NCBI RefSeq assembly: GCF_004010195.1
Contig: NC_057719.1
Location: forward strand, 69,564,401 to 69,628,400
Origin: Chiloscyllium plagiosum
Taxonomy: Eukaryota
DNA: 64,000 nucleotides
Direction of reading: 5' to 3'
Part shown: piece after piece, positions 38,016 to 49,489 of the stretch
Position numbering within the stretch: position 1 is the first letter of the stretch
Layout of the letters: the number at the start of each line of letters is the position of its first letter
Made by a program: the position numbers and the translations under genes
The notes under the pieces: model-generated
Databases searched by the model: none
Seen by the model: the letters and a program-made list of their open reading frames with translations, nothing else
What the model was told of the DNA's origin: nothing

Positions 38016-39161
38016 AGAGAAAGAGAGGACTGCAGATACTGGAGATCAGAGTCGAAAAGTGTGGTGCTGGAAAGGCACAGCATGTCCTTGTGGAGTGGGA
38101 GGGGGAGTTGAAGTGGTCAGCCATAGGGTGGTGGGGTTGTTTGGAGCGTGTGTCCCAGAGACATTCCCTGAAACGTTCCATGATTTGGCATCTGGTCTCC
38201 CCAATGTAGAGGAGACCACATCGAGAGCAATGTACACAGTAGATGAGGTGTTTGGATGTGCAGGAAAATATTTGCTCGGTGTGGAAGCATCCTTTGAGGC
38301 CTTGGACAAAGGTGAGGTGGGAGGTGTGGGTGCAGGTTTTATACCTCTTGCGGTGGCAAGGGAAGATGCCAGGAGTGGAGAGTGGATTGTTGTGGTTGTG
38401 GATCTAACAAGGGACTCACGGAGGGAATGGTCTCTGTGGAATGCTGATAGGGGTGGGGAGGGAATGTATCTCTGGTGGTGGGGTCTGATTGTAGGTGGTG
38501 GAAATGGCGGAGGATAGTGGACTGTTTCCAGAGATTAGTGGGGTGGAAGGTAAGGACCAGAAGGGTCTATTCTTGTTGTGGTTGGAGGGCTGGGGTTGTG
38601 GGCAGAGATGCAGAAATTGGAGGAGATGTGCTGGAGGGCATTGTTGACCATGTGGGAGGGGAAATTGCGATTCTTGAAATAGGAGGCCATTCTGGGATGT
38701 ACTGGAGTGGAATTGCTCCTCTTGGGAGCAGATACAGCAGAGTTGGAGGACGCAGATGTCCTGGGCCTTCTCAACTGCCAAATCCAAACCACCCGATGCC
38801 TGGAGGAAGAACACCTCATCTTCCACCTTGGGATCCTTTAACTACATGGTATCAATGTTGATTTCACCAGTTTCCTCATCTCCCCTCAGCCCACCTCATC
38901 CCAGATCCAACCCTCCAATTTGGCACTTCCCCGTTGACCTGTCCTACCTGTCCATCTTCCTTTCCATCTATCTGCTCCACCCTATCACCATCATACCTCA
39001 GCAGCATCTACCTAATGCCTTCCTAGCCACCTTTCCCCTAGCCCCACACCCACCCTCCTATTTATCTCTCAGCTCACTCCCCCATCCCTGAAATGTAGAT
39101 TCTCCTACTCCTTGGATACTGCCTGACCTGCTATGCTTTTCCAGTGCCACACTATTCAAAA
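38016..39161. mobile_element. Penelope-like element fragment (GIY-YIG region on the minus strand) with inverted terminal repeats and 10-bp TSD
   Basis: Minus strand ERFRECLWDTRSKQPHHPMADHFNSPSH and MASYFKNRNFPSH. TSD tttgaactca at 38006-38015 and 39162-39171. Confidence 0.85.
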
Positions 39162-39332
39162 TTTGAACTCAGTAAAAATCTGAAATTGAGAGCTAGCCCA
39201 GTGTAAAAACAAAAACCGAGCTCATTTGTGTTATCTAGGGAAGAAAATCTGCTGGCCTACATGTGAATCCAGACCCACAGCAATGTGACTGACTCATAAC
39301 TCTGTTCTCTGGGCAATTGGAGATGGGAAGTA

Positions 39333-39548
39333 CAGTCAGTTCTGCTATAATGTGATATTTCCATTCTCGTCCAATCCTGTGTCATAAGAACATCATGTAA
39401 TACCATCCCCAATTAAACAAATGGGGCTGGATTTGTATTATAAACATGCATGCTTTAAAAGCTCGTGCTAAAGAAAGTGTCCCCAATTCGTTAATCGCAT
39501 TATAGCGAATTCGCATTAACAAAACACTTGTTTTAGCGGAATAACCTG
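39333..39548. mobile_element. Tc1/mariner-pogo (Tigger-like) MITE
   Basis: TA-cagtcagttctgctataa ... ttttagcggaataacctg-TA, i.e. imperfect TIRs with a TA duplication. Confidence 0.75.
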
Positions 39549-39689
39549 TAAGTATTAGTTTAGATGGCGATGTACATGTTGCCTGACTGACTTTTTACAA
39601 AAAATCAAATGCCTTTTTGAGATTTAAGTACAAAGCACCCAATGGTTCCCCTTTTTCCACTGCACTCTGTTTCTATAAAGATCTCCAAT

Positions 39690-40018
39690 GATCTATGTGT
39701 TTGTTTATGGCGTTGTGGTTGGAGTGCCAGGCCTCTAGGAATTCTCTGGCATGTCTTTGCTTAGCTTGTCCCAGGATAGATGTGTTGTCCCAGTCAAAAC
39801 ACATCTATCCTGGGACAGGCTAAGCAAAGACATGCCAGAGAATTCCTAGAGGCCTGGCACTCCAACCTGACATCACCACAAACCCCAGGAAGCCCATCCA
39901 GGAGAAAGATATAAATAGAAAGCAGGAGACAACTTCGCTTCACTTGGAGGTTGCTACTGATGATGTTACCTAGCCAGGTAATGAAACATCTGGATATCAA
40001 ACCTACACCCTAAACCTC
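39690..40018. mobile_element. Penelope 3' fragment with 70-bp inversion hairpin and hammerhead
   Basis: Arms at 39717-39786 and 39798-39867 with one mismatch. Encodes ILGQAKQRHAREFLEAWHS. CTGATGA..GAAAC starts at 39957. Confidence 0.85.
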
Positions 40019-40252
40019 TGCCTGATTACATTGAGTTTATCCAGGTGCTCAGCTGTAATATCTTTAGTAACTTCTTTCATTTCCTCCCTGACAGATGTTA
40101 AGCAAACAATCTTGTAATTTCCTGCTGTATGCCTTCTTGCAGTCAATATCTTCCAATCAAATGGTACCTTACCGAAATCTAGAGAATGGTAGAAAATTTG
40201 AATCGTGGCATCAACTATCTGACTAGCTACCTCTTTTCAGACCCATCGACTT

Positions 40253-41150
40253 ATAGAATCATAGAGACGTATAGCATGGAAACAGACCCTTCGGTCCAAC
40301 CCGTCCATGCCGACCAGATATCCCAACCCAACCCAGTCCCACCTGCCAGCACCCAGCCCATATCCCTCCAAACATTTCCTATTCATATACCCATCCAAAT
40401 TCCTCTGAAATGTTGCAATTGTACCAGCCTCCACCACTTCCTCTGGCAGCTCATTCCATACACATACCACCCTGTGTGAAAAAGTTGCCCCTTAGGTCTG
40501 TTTTATATCTTTCCCCTCTAACCCTAAACCTATGCCCTCTAGTTCTGGACTCCCCAACCCCAGGGAAAAGACTTTGTCTATTTACCCTATCCATGTCCCT
40601 TATAATTTTGTAAACCTCTATAAGATCACCCCTCAACCTCCGACGGTCCAGGGAAAACACCCCCAGCCTGTTCAGCCTTTCCCTATAGCTCAAATCCTCC
40701 AACCATGGCAACATCCTTGTAAATCTTTTNNNNNNNNNNNNNNNNNNNNNNNNNNNNNNNNNNNNNNNNNNNNNNNNNNNNNNNNNNNNNNNNNNNNNNN
40801 NNNNNNNNNNNNNNNNNNNNNNNNNNNNNNNNNNNNNNNNNNNNNNNNNNNNNNNNNNNNNNNNNNNNNNNNNNNNNNNNNNNNNNNNNNNNNNNNNNNN
40901 NNNNNNNNNNNNNNNNNNNNNNNNNNNNNNNNACCTGGACTCCAAGGTCTCTTTGTTCAGCAACACTCCCTCGGACCTTACCATTAAGTGTATAAGTCCT
41001 GCTGATTTGCTTTCCCAAAATGTAGCACCTCGCATTTATCTGAATTAAACTCTACCTGTCACTTCTCAGCCCATTGGCCCATCTGGTCAAAATCCTGTTG
41101 TAACCTGAGGTAACCTTCTTCACTGTCCACTACACCTCCAATTTTGTTGC
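40253..41150 (-). mobile_element. Young CR1 3' fragment (N-gap 40730-40932)
   Basis: KRFTRMLP.LEDLSYRERLNRLG and WNELPEEVVEAG. Confidence 0.93.
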
Positions 41151-41159
41151 ATGTCGGTT

Positions 41160-42305
41160 CAAAAATTTGTTCACTAAGACTTCCCTAAAGGTTGTAATAG
41201 TCTTAATTGTTCTCACACTTTGATTTCCTTTTTTCAGCTATCTCTGGGAACTGACTTCTATCCTCTGCACTGAAGAACAATCCAAAATACTGTTCAATTG
41301 AACTGCATCTCCTTACTTCCCATCATTTATTCCCCAGACTCATTTTCCCGATGACCAATATTGACTTAGTTAATTCTTTTTCCTTCTAAATATCTGGAGA
41401 AACTCTAGCTATGTATTTTACACTTTCTTCACATATGCTATAGTTTTTCCGCCTGATTAATCTTTTAGTCATACTTTGCTTTGTTTTGTTTAATATTCTG
41501 TCTAATTATCTGATCTTTCACCCACCTTTATGCATTTATGTGCTTTTTAAGTTCAATATTATTTTCAACTTCTGGAATTAAACATAGATTGTGGGGCATC
41601 CCTTGGATATTTTTATTTGTTATTGGAAAATATATAAGCTTTATATTCTGAAATATTCTCTTAATTGTCTGCCATTGCACTTCTTTTGACCTTACTTGGC
41701 AGTTCACTTTAGCTAGCTTTGCTTTTATGACCACATAATTGCTCTTATTTGACCCTCTCCTCTTTCCCTTAAACTGAATACAAAATGTCATCAAATTATG
41801 ATCTGCATAGCTGTAGAATGCCTGCTTAACAACATAAGTAACTAATCTCTCTTCTTACACTATATCAGGCCTAGTATAACCTCGGTTCCAGAATCTGCTG
41901 CTGAGGTGTTATCCTGAAAACACTACATAAACTTCTCTTCCAGGTTTCTTTTGCTCATCCAATTATCCCAACCTATATTTAGATTAAAATCCTCCTAATA
42001 TACACCTTACTTTCTAGTGAGTTCTCATTATTCTTTTATTTATTACCGCATCCTAACTGGTAGTTAGCACCTATTTGCCACACTATTAGTGATTTCTTAA
42101 TTTTATAATTTCTCATATCAAACCAAACCACTTCTATATCCTAGTTCCCGAAACCTAGGCAATCCTTTCTATTGTGCTAACATGATCATTAATTAATAAT
42201 GCAATGCCTTCTCCTTTTCCTAGCTTCCTGCTCTTCCTAAGTGTCCTGTACCATACACTGTTCAGGTCCCACAATTAACGTCATCACACAGCCATGTCTC
42301 TGTAT
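41160..42305 (-). mobile_element. Old CR1 endonuclease/linker fragment
   Basis: NKSNY..IKAKLAKVN..QWQTIK.IF and TETWL on the minus strand. Confidence 0.65.
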
Positions 42306-42307
42306 TA

Positions 42308-42893
42308 GGTAGACAAGGAGGCTGGAAGAACACAGCAAGCCAGGCAGCATCAGAACGTGCAGAAGTCGACATTTTGGGGTAACCCTTCTTCAGGACTTGG
42401 GGTGGGTGTAGCGGGAGCTGCAGATAAAGGGGGTGGGGGGGGGAGGTGGTGAATTGCAGATAGATGAAGACAGGTAGAGGGTACAACCTGGTTGGTCAAT
42501 GGAAGGAAAGAATCTGGTAGATGGCTGAGAGGAGTGGAAGGGAGGGGGAGGGGCTGGGAAGGGAGTCAGGGAATGGAAAGCGAGGTTATTTGAAATTGGA
42601 CGGCTCTGTGTTGAGTCCTCTGGGCTGTAGGCTGTCCAGGTAGAAGATGAGGTGTTGATCCTCCAATTTGTGGTCTGATTTGCTGTGGCAATGGAGGGCC
42701 TGGGGATGGTCATGTCAGAAAGGGAGTCAGAAGGGGAATTAAAATGGGTGGTGACTGGGAAGTCTGGTCAGCCCCTGTGGGCTCAGCTGAGATGCTTGGC
42801 GAAATATTCCCTAAGTTTATGTTCAGTCTCCCTGATGTAGAGAAGACCACATCGGGAGCACCTGATGCAGTAAAATAGGTTGGAGGAGAGGCA
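42308..42893 (-). mobile_element. Penelope 3' fragment (GIY-YIG end plus terminal repeat)
   Basis: Minus strand CIRCSRCGLLYIRETEHKL, HFNSP and EDQHLIF.L. A decayed hammerhead lies at 42365-42395. Confidence 0.85.
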
Positions 42894-42910
42894 GCCTATG
42901 CTCCCATCCA

Positions 42911-43059
42911 GGAATAAAAAGCTTTTTATTCCTGATGAAAAGCTTTTGCCCGAAACGTCGATTTTACTACTCCTTGTATGCTGCCTGAACTGCTGTGCTC
43001 TTCCAGCACCACTAATTCAGATATCTGGTTTCCAGCATCTGCAGTCATTATTTTTACCA
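42911..43059 (+). mobile_element. Penelope mini-insert with hammerhead, 22-bp palindrome and 13-bp TSD
   Basis: TSD atgctcccatcca at 42898-42910 and 43060-43072. Palindrome ggaataaaaagctttttattcc at 42911-42932. CTGATGA..GAAACGTC at 42932-42959. Confidence 0.9.
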
Positions 43060-43139
43060 ATGCTCCCATCCAAACAAGCAAAAGGTACCTCAGACTTGCT
43101 GGACAATTACAATGGATAAGAATCTTGCACTGCTGCCTT

Positions 43140-43690
43140 TTGGGGTTGGTTAGGCCACTTTTGGAATACTGCATGTAATTCTGGTCTATCTGCTATAGGA
43201 AGAATGTCATGAAACTTGAAACAGTTCAGAAAAAATTTTCAAGTATGTTTCCAGGGTTGGAGGGTTTGAGCTGTAGCGGGAGGCTGAATAGTCGAGGGCT
43301 GTTTTCCCTGGAGCATTGGAGGCTGAGGGATGCCTCTATAGAAGTTTATGAAATCATGAGGGCATAGATAGGGTGAATAGCCAAGGTATTTTCCCCAGAA
43401 TAGTGGAGACCAATACTAGAGGGTATAGGTTTAGGGTAAGAGGGGAAAGATTTAAAAAGGATTTTTCACGGAGAGGGTGGTGTGTGTATGGAATTAGCTG
43501 CCAGAGGAAGTGGTGAAGGCTGATAACATTACAACATTTAAAAGGCATTTACATGAATAGGAAGGGTTGAGAGAAATATGGGTCAAATGCTGGCAAATGG
43601 GACTGGACTAATTTAGGATATCTGGTTGGCATGGACAAATTGGACCGAAGGGTCTGTTTCCGTGCACTACACCTCCATGACTGTATGACG
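43140..43690 (+). mobile_element. CR1 3' fragment
   Basis: LVRPLLEYC through to the 3' UTR and tail. Confidence 0.9.
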
Positions 43691-45333
43691 TCAAGTCCTG
43701 CCTCACTTGCAATCATTCTCACCTGTCCCTGACCAAATCAGAAGATACTATCGAAAGAAGTGTGACTGCCTCCTGGTACAAAACATCTGGGTACTTTTCT
43801 ATCAACTGCAGTGCTTGCACTTTAGTCCCCAGATTATAAGCTCTGAGCCAAAGTTCCTCCAGCAATCAGTACTTATCTCAGACCTAAGATCTTAGATTCA
43901 TTAAAACGAGCTCCCACATGCTGAAGTTGTGACACAGTATATGTCCTGCCACCCTTGATGTGTTTTGAGGAACTATTTAGTTATTTTCTTCAATTATTTA
44001 GTTGTCATTTTATAATTTTCATACTGGTACCTATACCATTTAAACCTTAGGGACGTGAACACTTGCAGTTACTCACTAAGTATTTAGCTTCTTCCTTTGT
44101 AGTACAATAGGGAAGAAGATATTAGAAAAAGCACAAGGAATGGAGCATCTCCTTCCCCTTCTTACCAAACTGCCATCATTCCGTTCAAAGCCATACTCTA
44201 AGTTAAGTCAAACTAAGATGCTCGACTCAATAGATTTCGAAATCAAAAGAGCTAGGTGACCCCTGTTACAGAAAAAAAAGGCTTCAGCTGCTTCCCTTCA
44301 AATGCTCTTTCAGTGGAGACCTTGTAAAACCCTGCTGAAGGCTGGAATATTTAGAATCTAAGTAGATTTCAGCTAAATATTAAGCATAAATAAAATTAAA
44401 CATTTTTGGTGTAAGAATCTCTTACTCATCAACTACCAGCATCCAGTTGTGGTCAGGTGATCATGACAGCCATTTTAAGTGCATGTTTCTTCCCCCAACA
44501 TCCATTTTAGACCATGAAGATATCAGGTATCTAGATCAGATGATCGTCATTAAGAATCGATAATATATACGTTGCCACTAATGTAATACAAAATAAGATA
44601 AATATGACGAGTCAGGATTTGGTTTCATCTTTATGCCTGCATATCAGTTATTGTTTGATAAAGATAGAGAGAAATATTAGATAGGGAAAATAACATGCCT
44701 GTACTAAAGCCTAGCTCAGTTCCTTCCCAACTTATTTTGTCAGAAATCAACCTAAGGAAGTTTTCTCTATTTTGCATCCAACAAATATAGACATTTAGAC
44801 CGTTATGCGTAGGTTAAACTAACAGTTGAAGATAATTATGCAGAAGCATAAATAAGAAATAACTAATGGTACCAATATTTAGCAAAAGCATAATGATTGA
44901 ATTTATTTACAGAAGATCAAAATATATTCTGCGCATAAATTTTGGAGAGCTATGTCTTTGATATTTTTCCTGACGTGAAATTTGTATGCAGACAATGTGA
45001 TTCCCAATTCATATCATACAATCAATATGTGACTTTCATAAACTGAAAAAGAATGTACCTAAACAATTTCAGGAGATGTGTGCAGTATATGCACCAAAGC
45101 AAAAATCTTTGTCAATCAATTTACTTTGAAAATTCAATAGTACTCTCTGTGCTTGGAATAATTTAATGATCAGTGATTCATATCAACCAATACAACTTTA
45201 ATCAAGCTTAAACTATGAGCAGTATTGAAGTATCTTCAGCAGCTTCATCAATGACCTTCCAGCTATCATCAGATTAGAAGTGGGGAGGTTTGCTGAAGAT
45301 TTCACAATGTTCAGAATCATTTGGAACACCTCA

Positions 45334-46026
45334 CCAAAGACCACAGAACGAGGACATACCACAACCAAAAGGATTAGCCACACTACCATACATCAGGAGC
45401 ATCTCGGAATTGACAGCCAGACTACTGCGACCCCTAGGACTCATAATAGCACACAAACCAACAGCCACACTCAGACAACAACTCACCAGAACGAAGGACC
45501 CGATACCCAACATGAGCAAGACGAATGTAGTGTACAAAATACCATGCAAGGACTGCACTAAACACTATATAGGACAAACAGGAAGACAGCTAACAATCCG
45601 CATACATGAACATCAACTAGCCACGAAACGACACGAACAGCTATCCTTAGTAGCCACACACGCAGACAAAAAGCAACATGAATTCGACTGGGCCAACACT
45701 ACTATCATAGGGCAAGCCAGACAAAGAACAGCCAGGGAATTCCTAGAGGCATAGCATTCATCCACAAACTCCATCAACAAACACATCGACCTGGACCCAA
45801 TATACCAACCACTACAGCGGACAGCTGAAACTGACAACCGGAAGTGGCAGGGACAGACCACTATAAACACCGGAGGAAACATCAAAGAAGCGCTTCGCAG
45901 GAGGCTCCCAAGCACTGATGATGTCGTCTAGCCAGGGGACGAAACGTTTGCAACAAAAACTTCCAGCTCGGCGAACAGAACCACAGCAACGAGCACCCGA
46001 GCTACAAATCTTCGCACAAGCTTTGA
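45334..46026 (+). mobile_element. Young Penelope-like element 3' part: GIY-YIG endonuclease and terminal repeat with hammerhead
   Basis: ORF 45290-45754 contains LPYI..ISE, NVVYKIPCKDCTKHYIGQTGRQL..RIHEH and REFLEA. Hammerhead at 45912-45951. acctca is duplicated at 45328-45333 and 46027-46032. Confidence 0.93.
45912..45951 (+). ncRNA. Minimal type I hammerhead ribozyme motif (best-preserved copy)
   Basis: gca-CTGATGA-t-gtc[gtctagccaggg]gac-GAAA-cgtt-tgc: intact core boxes, stem II gtc/gac, stem I gca/tgc, and a palindromic ACGT stem III. Confidence 0.7.
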
Positions 46027-49000
46027 ACCTCAGATAATGCTCATTTTCAAATGCAACAAGATCGGGACAATATCCAGGCTTGCGCTGACAAATGGCAAGT
46101 AACATTCGTCCCACATAAATGCCAGGTCATAACCATCTCCAGTAAAAGACAATCTAATCATCGTCCCTTGATATTTAATGGTGTTACCATCTATGAATCT
46201 CCTATAATCAACATCCTGGGGATTACCATTGACCAAAAATTCAACTGGACTCACAACATAAACACAGTGATGACAAGAGCAGGTCAGAGGCTCAGAATAC
46301 TGTGGCGAGTAACTTACCTACTGACTCCCGAAAGTCTGTTCACCATCTACAAGGCACAGTCAGGAGTATGATGGAATACTTCCCACTTGATACCATCCAG
46401 GACAAAGCAACCCACTTGATTGGCCACACATCCACTCCTTCCACCATCAACGCTCAGTACCAGCAATATGTACTATCTACAAAATGCAGTGCAGAAATTC
46501 ACCAAAGATCCTCAGATTACATCTTCCAAGACCACAAACAGTTCCATCTTGAAGGATGAAGGCAGCAGACACATGGGTATGCCAGCACCTGTAAGTTCCC
46601 CTCTAAGTCACTCTCCATCCTGACTTGGAAATATATTGCTATTCTTTCACTGTCACTTGGTCACAATCCTGGAATTCTCCCCCTAAAGGCATTGTGAGTA
46701 AACCTACAGCACTTGGATTGGAGCAGTTCAAGAAGGCAGCTCACCACCATTTTCTCAAGAGCAACTAGGGATGAGCAATAAATGCTGGCCAGCCAGTGAT
46801 GTCCATTTTTCATGAGTGAAAACAAAAATGTATTTGTAACTTGAAAAAAAGTTTCTGCATCCTGGCTCATCTAAAGTGAAAACAATCTGCCTGCATTCTC
46901 ACAGATAGTTTGGCTCTGGGCCCTATCTTCGAGGTTAATAAGGGAAAACACAAGTTACCTTGGCTTTAGTTATTCTAAAGCACAAATGCCATATGTAGCT
47001 ATAATCATAAATCAAAATGATATAACACTGGCATTATCCTTATTCAATGCAGGATGAAATTCAGCATTTGTCCTAATAGCCAAACATACTGTTCTCAGCT
47101 GGACAGTATCTAGTGTTCAATGGTTCATTTTTAATAATCTTATAATATTTTATTAGCATTTAAAGGGCAACATCAAACTCTAATCATGTCAGAGAGGGGA
47201 ATGAGTATTTAATTTCATCCCCCTTCCTAATTCTTCTCAATCACCTTTGCAATTCAACCCTCAAGCATAAAATTAAAACAAAGCACAATTTTATTTTATT
47301 TAACAAAGCAATTGGAATTGGACATTCTTGAGTACTATAATGTAAGATGTCCCCATCCCCTATTCATACCCTAGACTTGAAAAAATGGAATACTGTGATT
47401 GGGCCAACCCTGACATTCTTGATTAAATTTACCTGAACAGGCCCACATGGTCACAAGTTGGTCACATTGTTCGGATCAATAGTAGGTTTTGCCATAACTC
47501 AGTCATGGCATGTGCGTTCTGCTTTCGAGGTTCGTAACAAAGCAAGTAAGTGGGATGGCATGTTGAATTTGTTTAACGACAAATTTCTTAAAGGGAATCA
47601 GAATGACTGACCTGTATGTTGATTCCTGAGGCTTCAACAAACACAGGAATGGAAAGCCAATCTAGGAAGGCTGCTGTTGCCATCATCAGATCTCTACCCA
47701 ATCATCTCACACACCATTCCTCTCTCCTGCAACCACCAACACCCAGTCTCCACAATGAATTCACAGATTCTTACCACTGTGGGATCTGAAGAAATGAGGT
47801 GAGGTGACATTTGCCAAAAAAGAAAGCAAGTGTAGCTGGTGGTGGACAGGAAATTGAGCAAGAGGGATCCCTCCAACAAGGAGGCAGCGCCCTCTGAGGT
47901 TAGAGGTCATTGGGAGCGAAGGCGAGTTTCCCACTTGTCTCAAACTTCTCCACTCTGGTTAAAACTAGAAGTTCCTAATTCGGTATCAATTACTGGGGTT
48001 TTAACATTCTAACCTCAACCCTATTCAAACCTGCTCCCCTTGGCAGTTAAAATTCTGCCCCCTGCATTTTTCGGGTAGATTTCAGTTGTCGTTACCTGTA
48101 TCTTAACCAATTAAATTAATCTATGGAAAGCTCTGTGGATCATAATGTGAATACGAGATCAACTCATTTAACTTCCCCTTTCATCCTCAGGGATGTTTAA
48201 AACCCAGGTGGGGTATACATAATTTTGATCCATCTATTGTTGAGAAAAAAGCTATTCTTAAAAATACGCTGGATTCTGACATCTCCTCTGCATCCAGATC
48301 TGATGATCTGAGTCCCAAGGATTCCATGAATCATAGCTAAATACTAGAGCTTTTAATGCAGTCAGTTCTACCAGGGACTAATCATTCAGCCAAATGCCTA
48401 TCATGGTGGATGAAGAAACTGTGTCTGTGAAAAATGTTTCTTTTAAAAGAATGGTCATTTGCTTTACGGCTGGGTTTATGCCAAATTGATGTCTAATTCT
48501 GGTGAGAGTTCCTTCAGATGATCAAGTGTGTGGTTACTGGGAAGTTGGTAAGCAAAGCTTAATGGCATGAGAGGAATAATGAACCATAACCCAGAGCCAT
48601 TACTTACATAAAACATGCTGTTAAAACACTAAAAGTAGGCGCCAACAAATAAACAATTAACATGAAGCAGGTCTCGGAATTTGCCAAGTATATGAACTTT
48701 TAAAAAAGATTTCAAGGTCAATTGGCTCCAGTTAGTTTTATTCAATCTAAAATCCTAATTTTAGCTTTCTTCAAAGCATTGTTCTTTTGCAGGGCACTCA
48801 CTTGAGTGGGGTGGAGCAGGGGATTGTGGTGGTTCAAAATCATTCAAAGTATGGGACAGTGTAGTTTTATAAGATCCGATAGCTGAAGTAAATTATAAAA
48901 CAAATAAATGCAGATGAGACACTGTTACTAAAAATTTCTGCTTAACTTCATTTAAATCATTTCAATTCAAATCAGATATTATTGAGGTTTAATGTACATT

Positions 49001-49489
49001 ATACCATATTTCACGAGAAGACTACCTTTGTATCAAAAGTTAAGAAAAATGCATTTTAGTACCAAATGGTCAGATCAAAAAAGAAAGATTTTATTATTAA
49101 AACTCTTCTTCAGAAAGAGATCTGTTGTTAAGAAGGATAACTTGTGTGTGCTGCTAAGTTGACTGAAGATATCACCATAATTAAACATTCTGGTGAACTT
49201 AGGAACTGCCGAGATCGATGATGGATGTCATAGAGCAGTTGCAGATGAGTAGATGTGTGAACGTGGAGCAGTACAGAGAGTGCTAACATTTATTTCCTGG
49301 TCCTCTATGAGAATTGCCTGAACTCATGAGAGATGATCAAGACCATTTTATGTTCTTCTGTGGGCTTGGCGAGACCTCCATGTTCTTGGAATGAAGTAAG
49401 GCTTGTTGTCAAGTGCAGTGCAGCTACCCTATTAATAGCACAGTGAACATATAGTGAAATTGCTCAAGTGTCCACCCTTACAAAGGACA

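Larger units (their letters stand above)
37349..39330 (+). mobile_element. tRNA-derived SINE split into three pieces (37349-37412, 37983-38015, 39162-39330)
   Basis: Head gtggtatagtggtattatcactggacta, middle cccatcatgacagtttggtgacttttgaactca, tail ctggcctacatgtgaatccagacccacagcaatgtg...gggcaattggagatggg. Confidence 0.6.
45230..46820 (+). mobile_element. Non-LTR LINE 3' portion interrupted by a Penelope element
   Basis: FINDLP..VGRFAED on the left resumes as MQQD.DNIQACADKWQVTF.PHKCQ on the right. The 3' tail reads aaggcagctcaccacc...caataaatgctggcc. Confidence 0.85.

Noticed and set aside
45290..45754. Novel LINE-GIY-YIG fusion protein
   Set aside because: The ORF is a chance read-in from the host LINE into an inserted Penelope fragment, and it ends at a premature stop.
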